From Lama guanicoe (taxonomy: Eukaryota), in contig MU053810.1 in the NCBI GenBank assembly GCA_013239625.1, positions 2,057,518 to 2,121,517 on the forward strand: a DNA stretch of 64,000 nt, given 5' to 3'. Of this stretch, positions 26,095-37,818 are shown in pieces. The notes under the pieces were generated by a model. That model saw only the letters and a program-made list of their open reading frames with translations, had not been told where the DNA came from and made no database searches. A program made the translations under genes and the position numbers. Numbering within the stretch: position 1 is the first letter of the stretch; each line of letters begins with the position of its first letter.

Positions 26095-29000
26095 ATTTTG
26101 TTATATCCTGCATTTATTTAAGCAAACCGAAGGTGTAGAGATAGGAAATTAAAGCGTTATAATGTTTTACAAATACAGAGAGAAGACACAGAATAATAAT
26201 ACCCTGGAGAGAGTGCATCTGAGAACACGGTTCTGTCACAGGAGAACGCTTGCAGTGACCACGTGGAAGCCAGGGCTGACGCATCCGTCTGTCATTCTCG
26301 TCCTGACATCGTTCGAGTTGCTTTAATAGATAAATCAGTGATCTGCTCTTACACGCGTGGTAATGCTGAAGATTATGGTCGCCTTGAAGGGTTTGTGAGG
26401 AACTGTCTATACATACACGATGCTAGGCTTAACATGTTACCTCAGCGCTGCTGTACATACACAGGGGGAAATCATGTCTTAGTACACAATTACTGTGACA
26501 GCCACTAAAATGTGAACTAGTTTGCATAGGTTAGTCCTTTGGGCAGCACGATGTTGCTCTAGTCCACCAAGGCTTAAAGATTCACAGTGTAGAGGAAAAA
26601 AACATGAATTAAAGCATTTCTACTAAAATATATTTTAATAGCTGGTGTTAACAATTTGCATAACAAAAGCCAAATTACATTAATAACATTGTATCCTTCT
26701 GTGAGCCCCTTTGTTTTAAAAACATGAAGTGTTTCCTATAAAACTGTATGCTGTCAAAGTCAGTACGATCTTGCAAAATTAAACATCAACTGCAATTCAA
26801 CATGTCTGGAAGCAAACAGAAGCCAATCTGCACAATGACTCAGTTTTGCACTTTTATCACAGGTCAGAGGTCAACAGTCCCACACCCGGCCTGTAACACG
26901 CTCGGTGCTGCTTCTAAATGCTCAGCCGCTCACCGTGTGGACACTGAAAAATCGGGACTATGGTGCACTTTTCTCTTTTCCTTTAAAGTAAAGCATCCTT
27001 AACAGCAACTGGATTCCAAAGAAGTGTATTCTATGCAAACTGGGTACCATACGTCAAACACAAAAAGCACGTAGAATCCCCATGAATGTACCGGAGTAAC
27101 ATGGACAGCTGAGGAGGAGATCCTTCCAGGCCTGTGGATTCCAGGAGTCTAAGCATTGTGGAATGATGGCTACAGAAGCGTCATACAAGGCCGTGATTTT
27201 TTTGATTACCACTAGTTGACAGTTGCCTGGAAAGAACCTTAATGAGCATGGGATACTTCCAAAAGAGACTTTCATTTCAGCATTCTCAGCTTGGCTTATA
27301 GAACTTCTTATTAACTAAAGCTTTCTCACTTCCATGCCGCCTTACCCAAAACAACCACACTCCAGCCACTGTCAGCTTACCAGAAGCAAAGGCCTAAGGT
27401 GTAATGGATTTATGGAGTGAATTTCATCTTGTTACACGTAATGAATTCAGCCTCCTCGCATCACTCTTCTACCTTACCATAGGTATCTTAAATCTCAACC
27501 CTAAAGTTAGTGTTTATGCATCTCAACTATACATAAATCCACAAAGAATCTTTCAGAAATAGATGGAAGAAGTCAGTATTTTCTCAAGTTCTAAACCTCT
27601 AGAGGGAAAACAGAATCAGCTATCACCTGTCATGTCTGTCAGGAGCACCTCACTTTCCCACCATAAAAATATCAATCCTATAATAAAATATTACCATAGA
27701 ACAGGCAGAAACTTGCTTGCTCGGTTTGCTTTCCAAGACCATAGCAAATAAACAAGCGCGATCAAAAAGGCACCTAGATGTTTTTATATCTCTATATTGT
27801 ACTTTTGGTATAAACGATATCCACTCTATATAGAGGGGGGTGTTATTAAAGGATCACACACATTGTCTTTAGCTTTTCACAAAAAACATTCCACTGGAGA
27901 CGGACAAACAAACCTGAAGAAAGAGATGTACCTCTTGAGCTTCCACTGTCTGTTTTCTAAACGTCTGCTTCCCAAATGTCAGCGTGCTGCCTAGCTCAAC
28001 ACGGAGAGGAAAAGGAAAGGAAGACCGCGGTACATCTGCCAAAACTGCATCTCCATCGTCCTCAAACAATGAACCCAGGGGCACGACAGGGGCCCGTCTA
28101 ACCACATCCATATCCACACAAGGTGCTCCTGGAAATCATGCTTGCAAGTTCCCGTGCGGTCTCTGGACATGGGGGAGGCCTGAGAAGATGCAGGGACGCG
28201 CAGAGATCTGACAAGCAGGTAAATATCTCAGAGATCTCAGAGTGGGCTACACTGCGGGGGTGTGAATGACAACAAGAAGACGTGAAGAATTCATCTTGCC
28301 ACAGGTTAGAAATAGAAAGCTTTCCTCGAGAACAAGAATTAGTGAAGTCATTTACTACAAAAACTTACACCCAGAGCAATAGATTCTGTTGCTTCGATCC
28401 TCTCTCTCTCGAGAGGTAACCCACGTACAGCTCTGTTTTCGGAACCTGTTCAAAGTGTGTCAATCTGCCCTTGTGCTTTTATTTATCAGGCCTGAGAACA
28501 CATCAAAGTTGTGCATGCTCTCTGTGCTGGGGCATTTGCACAGTCTTCTTTGACTTGATTTTTAAAAGACTTGATTTTTAAACCCATCTTGAGCTGTCGG
28601 TGTCATGTATGAAGCATCTGTTGCCAAATCGAAGGTGTGAGGGGGTGTGTGGAAAGGGGGAAAGCTATTCAGGATTGTAGGTTTGAAAATGATGTTGTAA
28701 AAATAGCACTTTGGTTCTACATATATTGTTTCCTATATTTCCACTGAAATGCTTAATATCCCGACAGGCCTTAGTAACAGTGACAACACTGTCAAGTTAT
28801 AGTATCAGGGACATGTGACATCTCGTTCTCCCTCAGTCTTTATAAATTAACTACCCTCTAGTTAAATCCTGATAAGATCTTAATTTCTTAACGCTGGAAG
28901 CAGAAACATCTGGCTATGCACTGTGTGAAGCAGAAAATGTTAGAATTATTCCCCAAATAAGTATTGACTTTTATATTGATTTTTACATTCAGTGAATCCG

Positions 29001-31331
29001 ATTTTGAAATCAGCGAATAAGAAAAACAATGAAACATCCTGCTCCTTTATGGTAACTTCCCCGATAAATAATCATCATTTCAAGTCAGTCTCCTTTGAGC
29101 TTCCTATAAATGTGCTATTTATCAAAAATTGTACCCGTCTGACATTTAGTGTGCAAATTTAATCAAAAACTACTCTTTTTTATAATCACCAAAAAAGTGA
29201 TCTGTCTGGGTGAATCATAAATATTTACTTAATGGTATAATAAAACTAAGAAAGCTTACTGCCCTCAGTTTTAATGCACAGAAATTTTTGCAAGAATGTT
29301 GCAAGTTCCACTTGTCTTTGTAGGTTTGTGCATAAGACAACAAAACAGATATGGGGTTTAGTCAATTAAATCACAACTGGCCATTTCAATCATAGAAAAT
29401 CAGCCAAATCAGCCAAACTGGTTATGTGGTCATCTGTAAAATCCCCTCAAAAAAAAATCTCTAGTTATTTGCCTGAATTTTTCTTTTTTCCATTTTATGT
29501 CAGTGTCATGCTGATGCAGCTTGAGTGTAGTAAAGCTTATTTAATTACTCTTTCAGCCTGATAAATAAGACTACAGGTTTTCAAAAGTATCCACTTACTT
29601 TTCAAAGGTATAAATAAATGAATGTTTGCCTTTAGACTAATACACATTTCCATAAAAGGTATTTTAAGGGATATTTTGTTAACTTCTTTGAACATATCAC
29701 ATAAGGCAGATATCCCCAAGAACCAGGCATTTGATTACGTTTTTGTAACTCTGCTTTTTTCAGTTTCATCACAACTATAGAGTCAGACCATATATGAGGG
29801 CCACCCTGTTGCAAGTCCCAATAAATGGCACAATCAGAAAAACACAGAGTTGCTGACTAACGTTCATCTCTCCAGCGATCTTGACTGGGGACTCCAGGTA
29901 AGACTTCATGACATGACGGTCATGGCTGTGAATCCAACAAGAGCCTGCAAAGTCACTCATTTGAAAATGAAAATGTGACAACAATTTTTTTTCTAATGAA
30001 CAGGCAGGTGGGCCTGTACCTCAGATCTCTGGTGTCCTTTCTACCTCATCTCTTGAATGTGATTTAGAAAATAAAAACCAGAAAGTGGAAAGGAAGTCTT
30101 TTCGTTAACCAGTTTCGGTGGCTAGATTTCCAGTCCAGAATCTGAATACCATTTTCCACTAGAAGAAACCAGATCCTCTGTCTCTCTGAGTGGAGCTGGT
30201 AGTTTTTTGTTCGCTGGTTTCCTCCAGCACATTTCGTAATTCGACTTTGTCACTGGCTCCTATGAAGTTTTCTTTGCTTTTAGATCAACAGTGGCATTAA
30301 GTTAATGAAAGGTGTTCAATAAAGGTCTAAATCACTTATTTGCTAGAGTATACATCTATTTCCTAAGGTGTAAATCCCTCAAAACTAGAGTGCAATGCAG
30401 CAGGGGAATCTCAAGCAACTTTTCAAGTTATGTTTTTCTGATGAGCTGGCGGCTAGAGGAGACGGCTTTTAGATATCAGCCACGCTTTTTGTTTTAATAA
30501 CAGGAATGGGCAGTGCGGCTGCCTATGTTACAGAAGCTTGAACCTACGGGACATGCAACAGGGTAAAAGCTATTAGTGTCAGGGAAATAACAGAGATGAC
30601 CTTAAAATTTGCCCTTTGCAGAGTAGCTGTGAAGGTATTTGGTCCTGACATTCTTTGGAGCCAAGCATATATACTTGGGTTCACAGAACATAAGTGGACA
30701 GCAGGATATGCCTTGGTACAAATGAGAAATAAGTAGACCCAAGTCGGCCCAGGGAATGAGGAAATTTCTTTGTTCAGTAGAAGTTTCTAGATCCCTAAGG
30801 CCACCAGGCCATATAATTTTAACCAAACTGTCATTCTGCCACCGCTGACATTTATTACATTTGGCAATTTTCACTTGAATTGGAAATTGCCTCATGACTC
30901 AAAAGCGAAATGGTTTTTCAATTATTGGTTGTGTTATTGAATTAAGTGAATTGGCTTCTGGTGATTCCAAAGTGACAGCTAAGAAGTTTCGTATACTTGT
31001 TACATTTAAGGGACAATCGACATCTCTATTCAAGTCTACAAAAATACATTTTCCCAGAAGGGTTCAATAGCCAATCAAAGGAAACCATTAACACAATTAG
31101 CAGCACCAGGTCTCCAGACCTAATTATTTCGTTTGTACGAATTACCGAAAATGCTGCTGTTTTCAGCCCAGAAGTCATTCCTTCTTCCTGGTACCTGTGT
31201 GTCTAATTGTCAAAGGAAGGATAGACTATTAGTAAAATAACTGCCAAGTTGTCTTAAAAGTATCTGCTATCTTTTAAAAAGATTAGGCTTAGTATACATT
31301 AGAAGAAAGCTCAAAGGGCAAGGAGAAAGGA
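26095..31331 (-). other. NEBL: Probable long 3' UTR of NEBL
   Basis: Follows the stop codon and has no recognisable repeats. Minus-strand AATAAA at 30851-30856, 28478-28483 and 26113-26118. The true end is uncertain. Confidence 0.55.
26113..26118 (-). terminator. NEBL: Candidate distal polyadenylation signal
   Basis: AATAAA on minus, followed by a U/GU-rich tract (cttcttggttctcaccttggtttcttgg). Confidence 0.5.
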
Positions 31332-31508
31332 TTAATTAACAAACTCGATGTAATTCGCTGGAAGCATTCCCGTTTTCCCAGTTCTCTGCACCGTGCCGTA
31401 CATCCAGCCGGCGTCGATGGGCTGCACGTTGACAATGTAGTCGCCGTCCCTGAAGGACACTTCATCTTCATCCTGGGCACTGTAATCGTACATGGCTCGG
31501 TAGGTCCT
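31332..31508 (-). CDS. NEBL: Nebulette terminal coding exon, SH3 domain (human exon 28 equivalent)
   Basis: tttcccag acceptor; [58 protein letters not shown] then TAA. Confidence 0.97.
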   Translation of the reverse strand, partial: RTYRAMYDYSAQDEDEVSFRDGDYIVNVQPIDAGWMYGTVQRTGKTGMLPANYIEFVN

Positions 31509-31777
31509 CTGGGAAAGGAAAGATGGGGTCACATGGTGGACGTGAAACTAGTCAAGGCTGCAAACGCCCATCACAACAAACCAACCCACACATAGAGGAA
31601 CCACTAGGGATCTTTCCAAAAACATCTGTTTCTGGAGTTCTGCAAACCAGACCCTGGTGTCTGTCCTAATTGTGTTCAAGCTCACTAGGCTAGCAAAAGG
31701 CATAATATTTGCAGTCAGAATGGGGACAGAGCAAGCCACTAAATACAATAGCCTGCCCATCAAAAAGTAAGCTTTGA

Positions 31778-31961
31778 TAGCACAGGGAAATATATACAAG
31801 ATGTTGTGGTAGCTCACGGTGAAAAAGAATGTGAACATGAATATATATGTATATTCACGTATGACTGAAAAATTGTGCTCTACACCGGAAATTGACACAA
31901 CATTGTATACTGACTAAAACCCAATAAAATAAAAAAAGTAAAAAATAAAATTTAAATTAAG
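31778..31961 (+). mobile_element. 5'-truncated L1 3' end with perfect TSD
   Basis: L1 3' UTR, AATAAA and A-rich tail. 16-bp TSD AAAAAGTAAGCTTTGA at 31762-31777 and 31962-31977. Confidence 0.9.
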
Positions 31962-32435
31962 AAAAAGTAAGCTTTGAGGCAGTCAAGCCAACTCCTCCAG
32001 CTTCAGATAAGCCCAGACATCTTAGATTACATAGATCCTCCCCTAACCCACATTCTTCAGAGAACAAAACCCACCACAGTGGCAGACAAGTCACTACCAC
32101 TGGTCCCCTGGCAGAGGTAATGGACTTTACTAAGAATTTTTGTTTCCTCTTGAAAATATTTAAAGCAAATTTTAAAAAATCCATAATATACTAAATAGGT
32201 TCTGTATCACAGTAATAGAAATTTAGCATATAAATGTCCTGAGTATTGAAGTACATATAATTAAATCCTTGTTATAATGAGGAAACGTTAAATTGAGTTT
32301 TACTATATTTGTTGTCATTTGAGGCCAAGAGTTTAGCTAATATTAACATCAGACAATCTCAAGATCAAGTGCATCCACAGACTGAGGAAACTGGCTGAGA
32401 TTCAAAGAACTTTAGAGTGATTAAAGATACCTTAT

Positions 32436-32620
32436 TACCAGTTATTAAAAAAATAAGTAGGTCACAGAGATGTAATGCATAGCACAGGAAAATAGTCAAT
32501 GACATTGCAGTAACTTTGTATGGTGCATAATCTACACAAATATTAAATCATTATGTTGTATACATGAAACTAATATAGTATTCTAAGTCAACTATACTTC
32601 AAAAAAACATATTAAATAAA
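32436..32620 (+). mobile_element. L1 3' end fragment
   Basis: tcattatgttgtatacatgaaactaatatagtattctaagtcaactatacttcaaaaaaa, flanked by aaagata(c/t)ctta. Confidence 0.75.
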
Positions 32621-33173
32621 AAGATATCTTACAAACTGCTTAGAAGGGCCACCTGCTTCTAAGGGCTCAAAGGCCAAGGGACTGTGGCAGGAACTTGGAG
32701 GAGCAATTGCAGCAGAAGATGCCACATTTGGCTAAATGACCTAGAACACTGCTTCCAAACTCTCCATTTAATGAGTGACTCAGCATTCCAGGATTTCCAG
32801 GAGAAGGGAGGACTCAAAGACATGTGTTGGCCATGCCATTTAGGTTTCAGTGGCCATTCAACTAACTAGTTAACTTGCCCAAATATTTGTGCTCTTTTTT
32901 AACTGGATGAAGATCATAATTGACTACTTCCAATCATGAAGTAACAATTAGGATATACGTTTGGTAGATTCTTTGTATGTTTTATTGTTTACATGTTTTT
33001 ACATCATGCCTTCCCTTCCCAACAGTTTACTTCTATATGTCTTGATACAAGTCACCATTTATCCTTTATATAAAAGGCATCATGTTCAATTCAACTGTAT
33101 TCTGTGTGCATTTATCTTCTGGAGATAAAATGGGAAGAGCAGGGAAGAAGGAACACTTCAAGTGGACACTCAC

Positions 33174-33280
33174 CAGATGTGGTGAATGCTGCATTGACCG
33201 CATGGATGGCAGGCTGGTCTGGTGCATGTACCCATAACCTTGAGAATGGCTCTGCTGGTAGGCTCCGGGAAGAACAGGTG
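33174..33280 (-). CDS. NEBL: Nebulette penultimate exon (exon 27 equivalent)
   Basis: 107 nt, AG acceptor and GTGAGT donor, phase 1 to 0; (A)PVLPGAYQQSHSQGYGYMHQTSLPSMRSMQHSPHL. Not called in this frame by the ORF track. Confidence 0.96.
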
Positions 33281-33295
33281 CTGGACATTAAACAG

Positions 33296-33314
33296 ACACA
33301 CACACACACACACA
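33296..33314. repeat. (CA)n/(TG)n microsatellite
   Basis: About 9 CA units just upstream of the exon acceptor on the minus strand. Confidence 0.9.
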
Positions 33315-34750
33315 AAGAATCCTTAAACCCAGCCTCAAAACAAAGCCCCTTCCCAGCCCTAAGTGACACCATGCTTTGCTAGACAATTCCGGAACAAAAT
33401 GCCATTTTCAGTGCCACGTGAAATTTGAGCAGTGATGTTATAAGTGATCCCTTGATTAGCATACTTTTCCGTAATGAAGGACACATATGGGTAATCAGTT
33501 TAACATGCAGTTAAATATGTATTAGAAATGCTTGTATTATTCTATTGCAGATGCTATATTAAAATAACACAAATATAGAACAAAAATATCCCCTGGTCAC
33601 TTAACAAAGTCATTTTTCACTTGGCCATGTGATCCTTGTAGGCATTTTTCCAAAATAAGAATAAGAAATTTAAAGGACTTTAACTGGATTGTCAAACCAA
33701 TCACAGTGTATAACTGTTCTCATAGGATACCTAAAAATGGATGCTTTCAATATTGTGAGACATACAGCTGAATGCTACCTCTACAAACACGGTAACCATA
33801 GTGTATGTTCAGCAACGAAAGTTTGTTAAGCAGTTAATTAGTCTGTACTCTTGGAGGAAAACTTCATTTAGAATCTATGAGTTACCCATTGTATTTTGGC
33901 TATAAGTCAGCTGAGTAATGTTACAAAAGCCTGAGGAACCAAACCACTTAAAGAATTTCATAAACATTATCCTTCTACATAAAAAAGATAGTATTCACTT
34001 AGTTTGGGCTGTTTCCACCACTAATTATGGCATGTAAAAGACAGCTCCAGTTTTGAAGAAGACCGAATTCTAGAGAAACCAACACAGGAGCTACGTAAGA
34101 TCCCACAAAATCAGCAGAGTGTGTGTTTCTCTGTAAGTATGTTTCAGCATTTTTAACCATAATCATGAGCTATATGGCAGTATTTTAGTAGGCATACCCT
34201 TCGTTGTGTTTTGAATAATTATATGATCCACTAGTAAAACTTGTATAGATATATGCGCTATAAAAATCCATAATAGGTTGCCATCTTTGTTCAATCAGTT
34301 TGAGTATATAAAGTAATTATCAGAGGCTGATTTATCTAGGACAGTTATTATAATAAAAGAATAAAGCAGATGTAATTCTTGGGCATGATGAATAATTAAT
34401 GTTTTATAAGTGGCACATTCATTCTAATGATATATGAGAACATCAGACTTTAAGGAAGTTTAATCATCAGAAAATTACAAATCATTAATCCGTTCTCCAG
34501 ATAATTATGATATTAGGTTAAATGGGGATTTTTAAAAAATAGTTCTTGAGTTAATTCATATAACAATGTTGTTACAACTGTGTTTATTTAATGCCTTTCT
34601 AGAGAAAGATCTTTACTTGCCCAGTAGTATATTATAAAGTGATTTAACATCAAATACTTCAGAAATTAGCACTTTTTAACTCTGTCAACTCGGTGTAAAT
34701 ATTTAATGTCAATAGATGTCAAGGACATTGTCAAAATTCACTCAAGAAGA

Positions 34751-34889
34751 GGAGGGAGTGTATAGCTCAGTGGCAGAGTGTGTGCTTAGCATGCACGAGG
34801 TCCTGGGTTCAATCCCCAATGCCTCCATTAAAATAAATTAATAAAAACCTAACTACTTCCCCCATTTCCCCCAAGAAAAGAAAAAAAAA
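34751..34889 (+). mobile_element. tRNA-derived SINE (camelid Vic-1-like)
   Basis: tatagctcagtggcagag...gaggtcctgggttcaatcccc (A and B boxes) and an A-rich tail. Degenerate TSD aaaattcactcaagaaga / aaacttcactcatgatga. Confidence 0.88.
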
Positions 34890-37189
34890 CTTCACTCATG
34901 ATGAAAAAATAATGAAATTCCCACAAACATCTAGACCAAATTCTGACTAAAAGACTTTTCCTTGTGTTGGAAGCCGGAAGCATTGACCATTCATTCACTT
35001 ACCCTCTTGACCATCAGCAAATATTTAAGAGTCCCTGTGTGCACAGAGCTCGTGGCCTTGCCTGTCACTTGGTAAGCTTGCATAAATGTTAACAATTATC
35101 ACTGCCCCCTCCATTCAAAGTACGCAAGCATAAGAGACAAAAACAATTGCCTTCCCAGAGCCGTGATGGCCCCGCACATCCGGCCTTTGCCCAATTAAGG
35201 AAATGGCTCCGGATACTTAGAGCATTTCCTTCAATACATTATTAGTCAATGCCTCCAACTGCATCCCCAGGCCAGCAGTCCTGAACTGGGTTTTATCCAT
35301 TTAAACAAGTCATTTCTCCATTATTATTTAATTGGTAAATACTTAAGATTAAACAAGCAACCCTTTAAAATTAAAACAAAAATTAAGCTTTTAATCCTTT
35401 GTTACGCTTTGAACTAAAATCTTTACATTTTGATGTACAGTGTCAAGCACAATCACCTTAAAATATTTTGGAAAAAACGCAGGAAAGGACAACGACGGAA
35501 AAAAATCTCAAATATGCTATCTCGCAGGTGGTAATATGCTGACGTTTGCACAGGCTGCATCTCATAACCCCAGCTAGTGCCCATCAGTACTGACAACTCA
35601 GGACTGTCGTTTAACGGTGTTCTCTAACTTAGGCTTTTAAAAATGACACAAGTTCATGCCTCCTCAATTGTTCGAACCTGATCTTCAAAGGGAATCTGTA
35701 GCGACCGTCAAATACAGAAGGCAGAGAAAGTAACGTATTTGTCTTAAACATGGGTGGGCTGGAGAGAGCAGGAGAGGTTAGGATGAGAAACCTTGGAGTA
35801 AATACACTCTATCTTGCTTGTATGGTTTCTCCTCATGCCTTATCGATTCTTTCCATCTTCCTCTCTAGGTACATTATTTAATCAAAGTCTCTTTGGGGTT
35901 ATCAAACCTTGTTATCTCCCCTATACCTGGTACAATACAAGAGGTTTTAGGACACCCCTATCAGGACTATGAAAAATATAACTGAGAGCTCAGAGGAATC
36001 TACTTACTAAAAGCAAATTTAGAAAGAGGCACAAACATTGCTTTTTTTCTTGTTCTGTTTTTTATATGAATTTTTTTAATAAAACATAAGTGAAACAAGC
36101 AAAAGGAAAATTTCAAGCATTGGCTTTGGAAATTGGGTTTACTAAGAATCTGGGTAAAAGATAGCTCTTCCATGTATGAGATTATCTTCCACGAAAATAT
36201 AGAATTCAAAGGGTTTTGCAAAAGCAAGAAGTTAGCCTAATTTTGCCACAAACAAGGACTTCTTATGAAAGAGAAGAACACACAGTGCCCTTTTTATTAA
36301 ATAGTGGTCAGATGCCACGAGCCTTGGTACAGATGATGATAAAGGTGTGATGGTCTTCCAACCCAAGACTCTTGAGGTTGGGGGTTTCTATTTCCAAAAC
36401 ATAAAAGCCACAAAACAATAGCTTTCATTATTCTAAGGCAACAACAAAACACAACCTTCACTTCGCATTGGTAAGATTTATTGACAAGAGATCTGGAAGC
36501 TGACTCCAGCACTAAGGACTTCAGGCTCTATTTGAAATGTCCCATAATATTTATAAAACCAAAATCTCTCTTCTAGTGCACGGTAAATTCTCCCACAGAC
36601 AGACAACACTCATATTTCCTATTTAAGGTTTATTCTTACAATGGAAGGAGATAAAACCAAGATGAAGAAGTAAGTAGACAAGAAGATCATAAAACAGAAG
36701 TCGAAAATGAAGAAAGAAAAACTTTTAGGGACCTTCACAAATTTGAAACTGGAAAAAAAAATAAGGACATTTATGTAAACATGCAAAGATTAAAGTAAAT
36801 GAATCAAAGAAAAGCACCCAAAATAAAAGTAGAAAAGCATCCCCTCAAAAAATGTCCACTCTTGGGGAGGTACACAGAGGAGGTGGGGGGAGACAGGGAG
36901 CATCTTCCGTGTACCTGGTGCTTTATGTGTTGCCCTTAAGTAGCAGAACAGACAGGTGCTATTCCCATTTTAGAGAATAAAAATAAAGAGGCTGGGAGAT
37001 GAAGCCGGAAGGCAACCGAACGATCATCTCTGCATAGTGACACATCATGATACAAAATAATTGCTCAAACTTTAGAAATCATACGTAAAAATAAAAGCAA
37101 TCATGGCTATTTCATACATTAAATTTTCAGCTCTGGCATGGGCCCTGAACTGTGGGGAGGAAAGGAGGAAAGAGGAGGTTTCGGTCACT

Positions 37190-37380
37190 TGCAGTGAGTT
37201 TCAACCCTGGCTGCACATGAAATTCACCTGAGCTGTTTTAAAAGCGGGCTATGTCCAAGTCCCCCAGATTAATTAAATGTCTCTGGGGTGGTAGTGGGAG
37301 TGAGTGGACCCTGGTGTTTTATCCTTTTCATCTTCCAAGTGGTTCAAATAGGCAGCCACAGTGAGGAACAACTACGCTAC
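37190..37380. mobile_element. MER5-like DNA transposon
   Basis: cagtgagtttcaaccctggctgcacatgaaattcacctg resembles a MER5 terminus. Confidence 0.6.
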
Positions 37381-37465
37381 TGGCGGCTGCTTCTTCTCCA
37401 CCTGACACAAATTTAGGGGCACATGGGACACTATTTATGCTACTCCCAAATTCCCTCTCCTCCCC

Positions 37466-37818
37466 TGAATGGACTGTTTGTATCCCACCAAATTCATATG
37501 TTTGAAATCCTGACCCCCAACGTGATGGTATTTGGAGGTGGGGTCTTGGGGAGGCGATGAGGTCATGGGGGTGGAGCCCTCATGAATGGGGTTAGTGCCC
37601 TTATGAGAAGAGGCCAGAGACCTAGCCAGCTCTCCTTCCATCATGTGAGGACACAAGGAAAAGGTGGTGGTCCATGACCCAGAAGAGGGCTCCCACCAGC
37701 CCTGACAATGCTGGCACCCTGATCTCAGCCTCCCAGGCCCCAGAGCTGTGAGAAATCAACAGACAATCCTCCCAGTCTAGGACCTGCTGTGAGAGCAGCT
37801 GGAACAGGCTAAATAAAG
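37466..37818 (+). mobile_element. MLT1A-type solo LTR
   Basis: aaattcatatgtttgaaatcctgacccccaacgtgatggtatttggaggtgggg...gccctcatgaatggggttagtgcccttatgagaagagg. Confidence 0.88.

Noticed and set aside
34751..34830. tRNA gene
   Set aside because: It has A/B boxes but continues into a SINE tail with A-rich end and TSD, and a diverged sibling lies at 23587.
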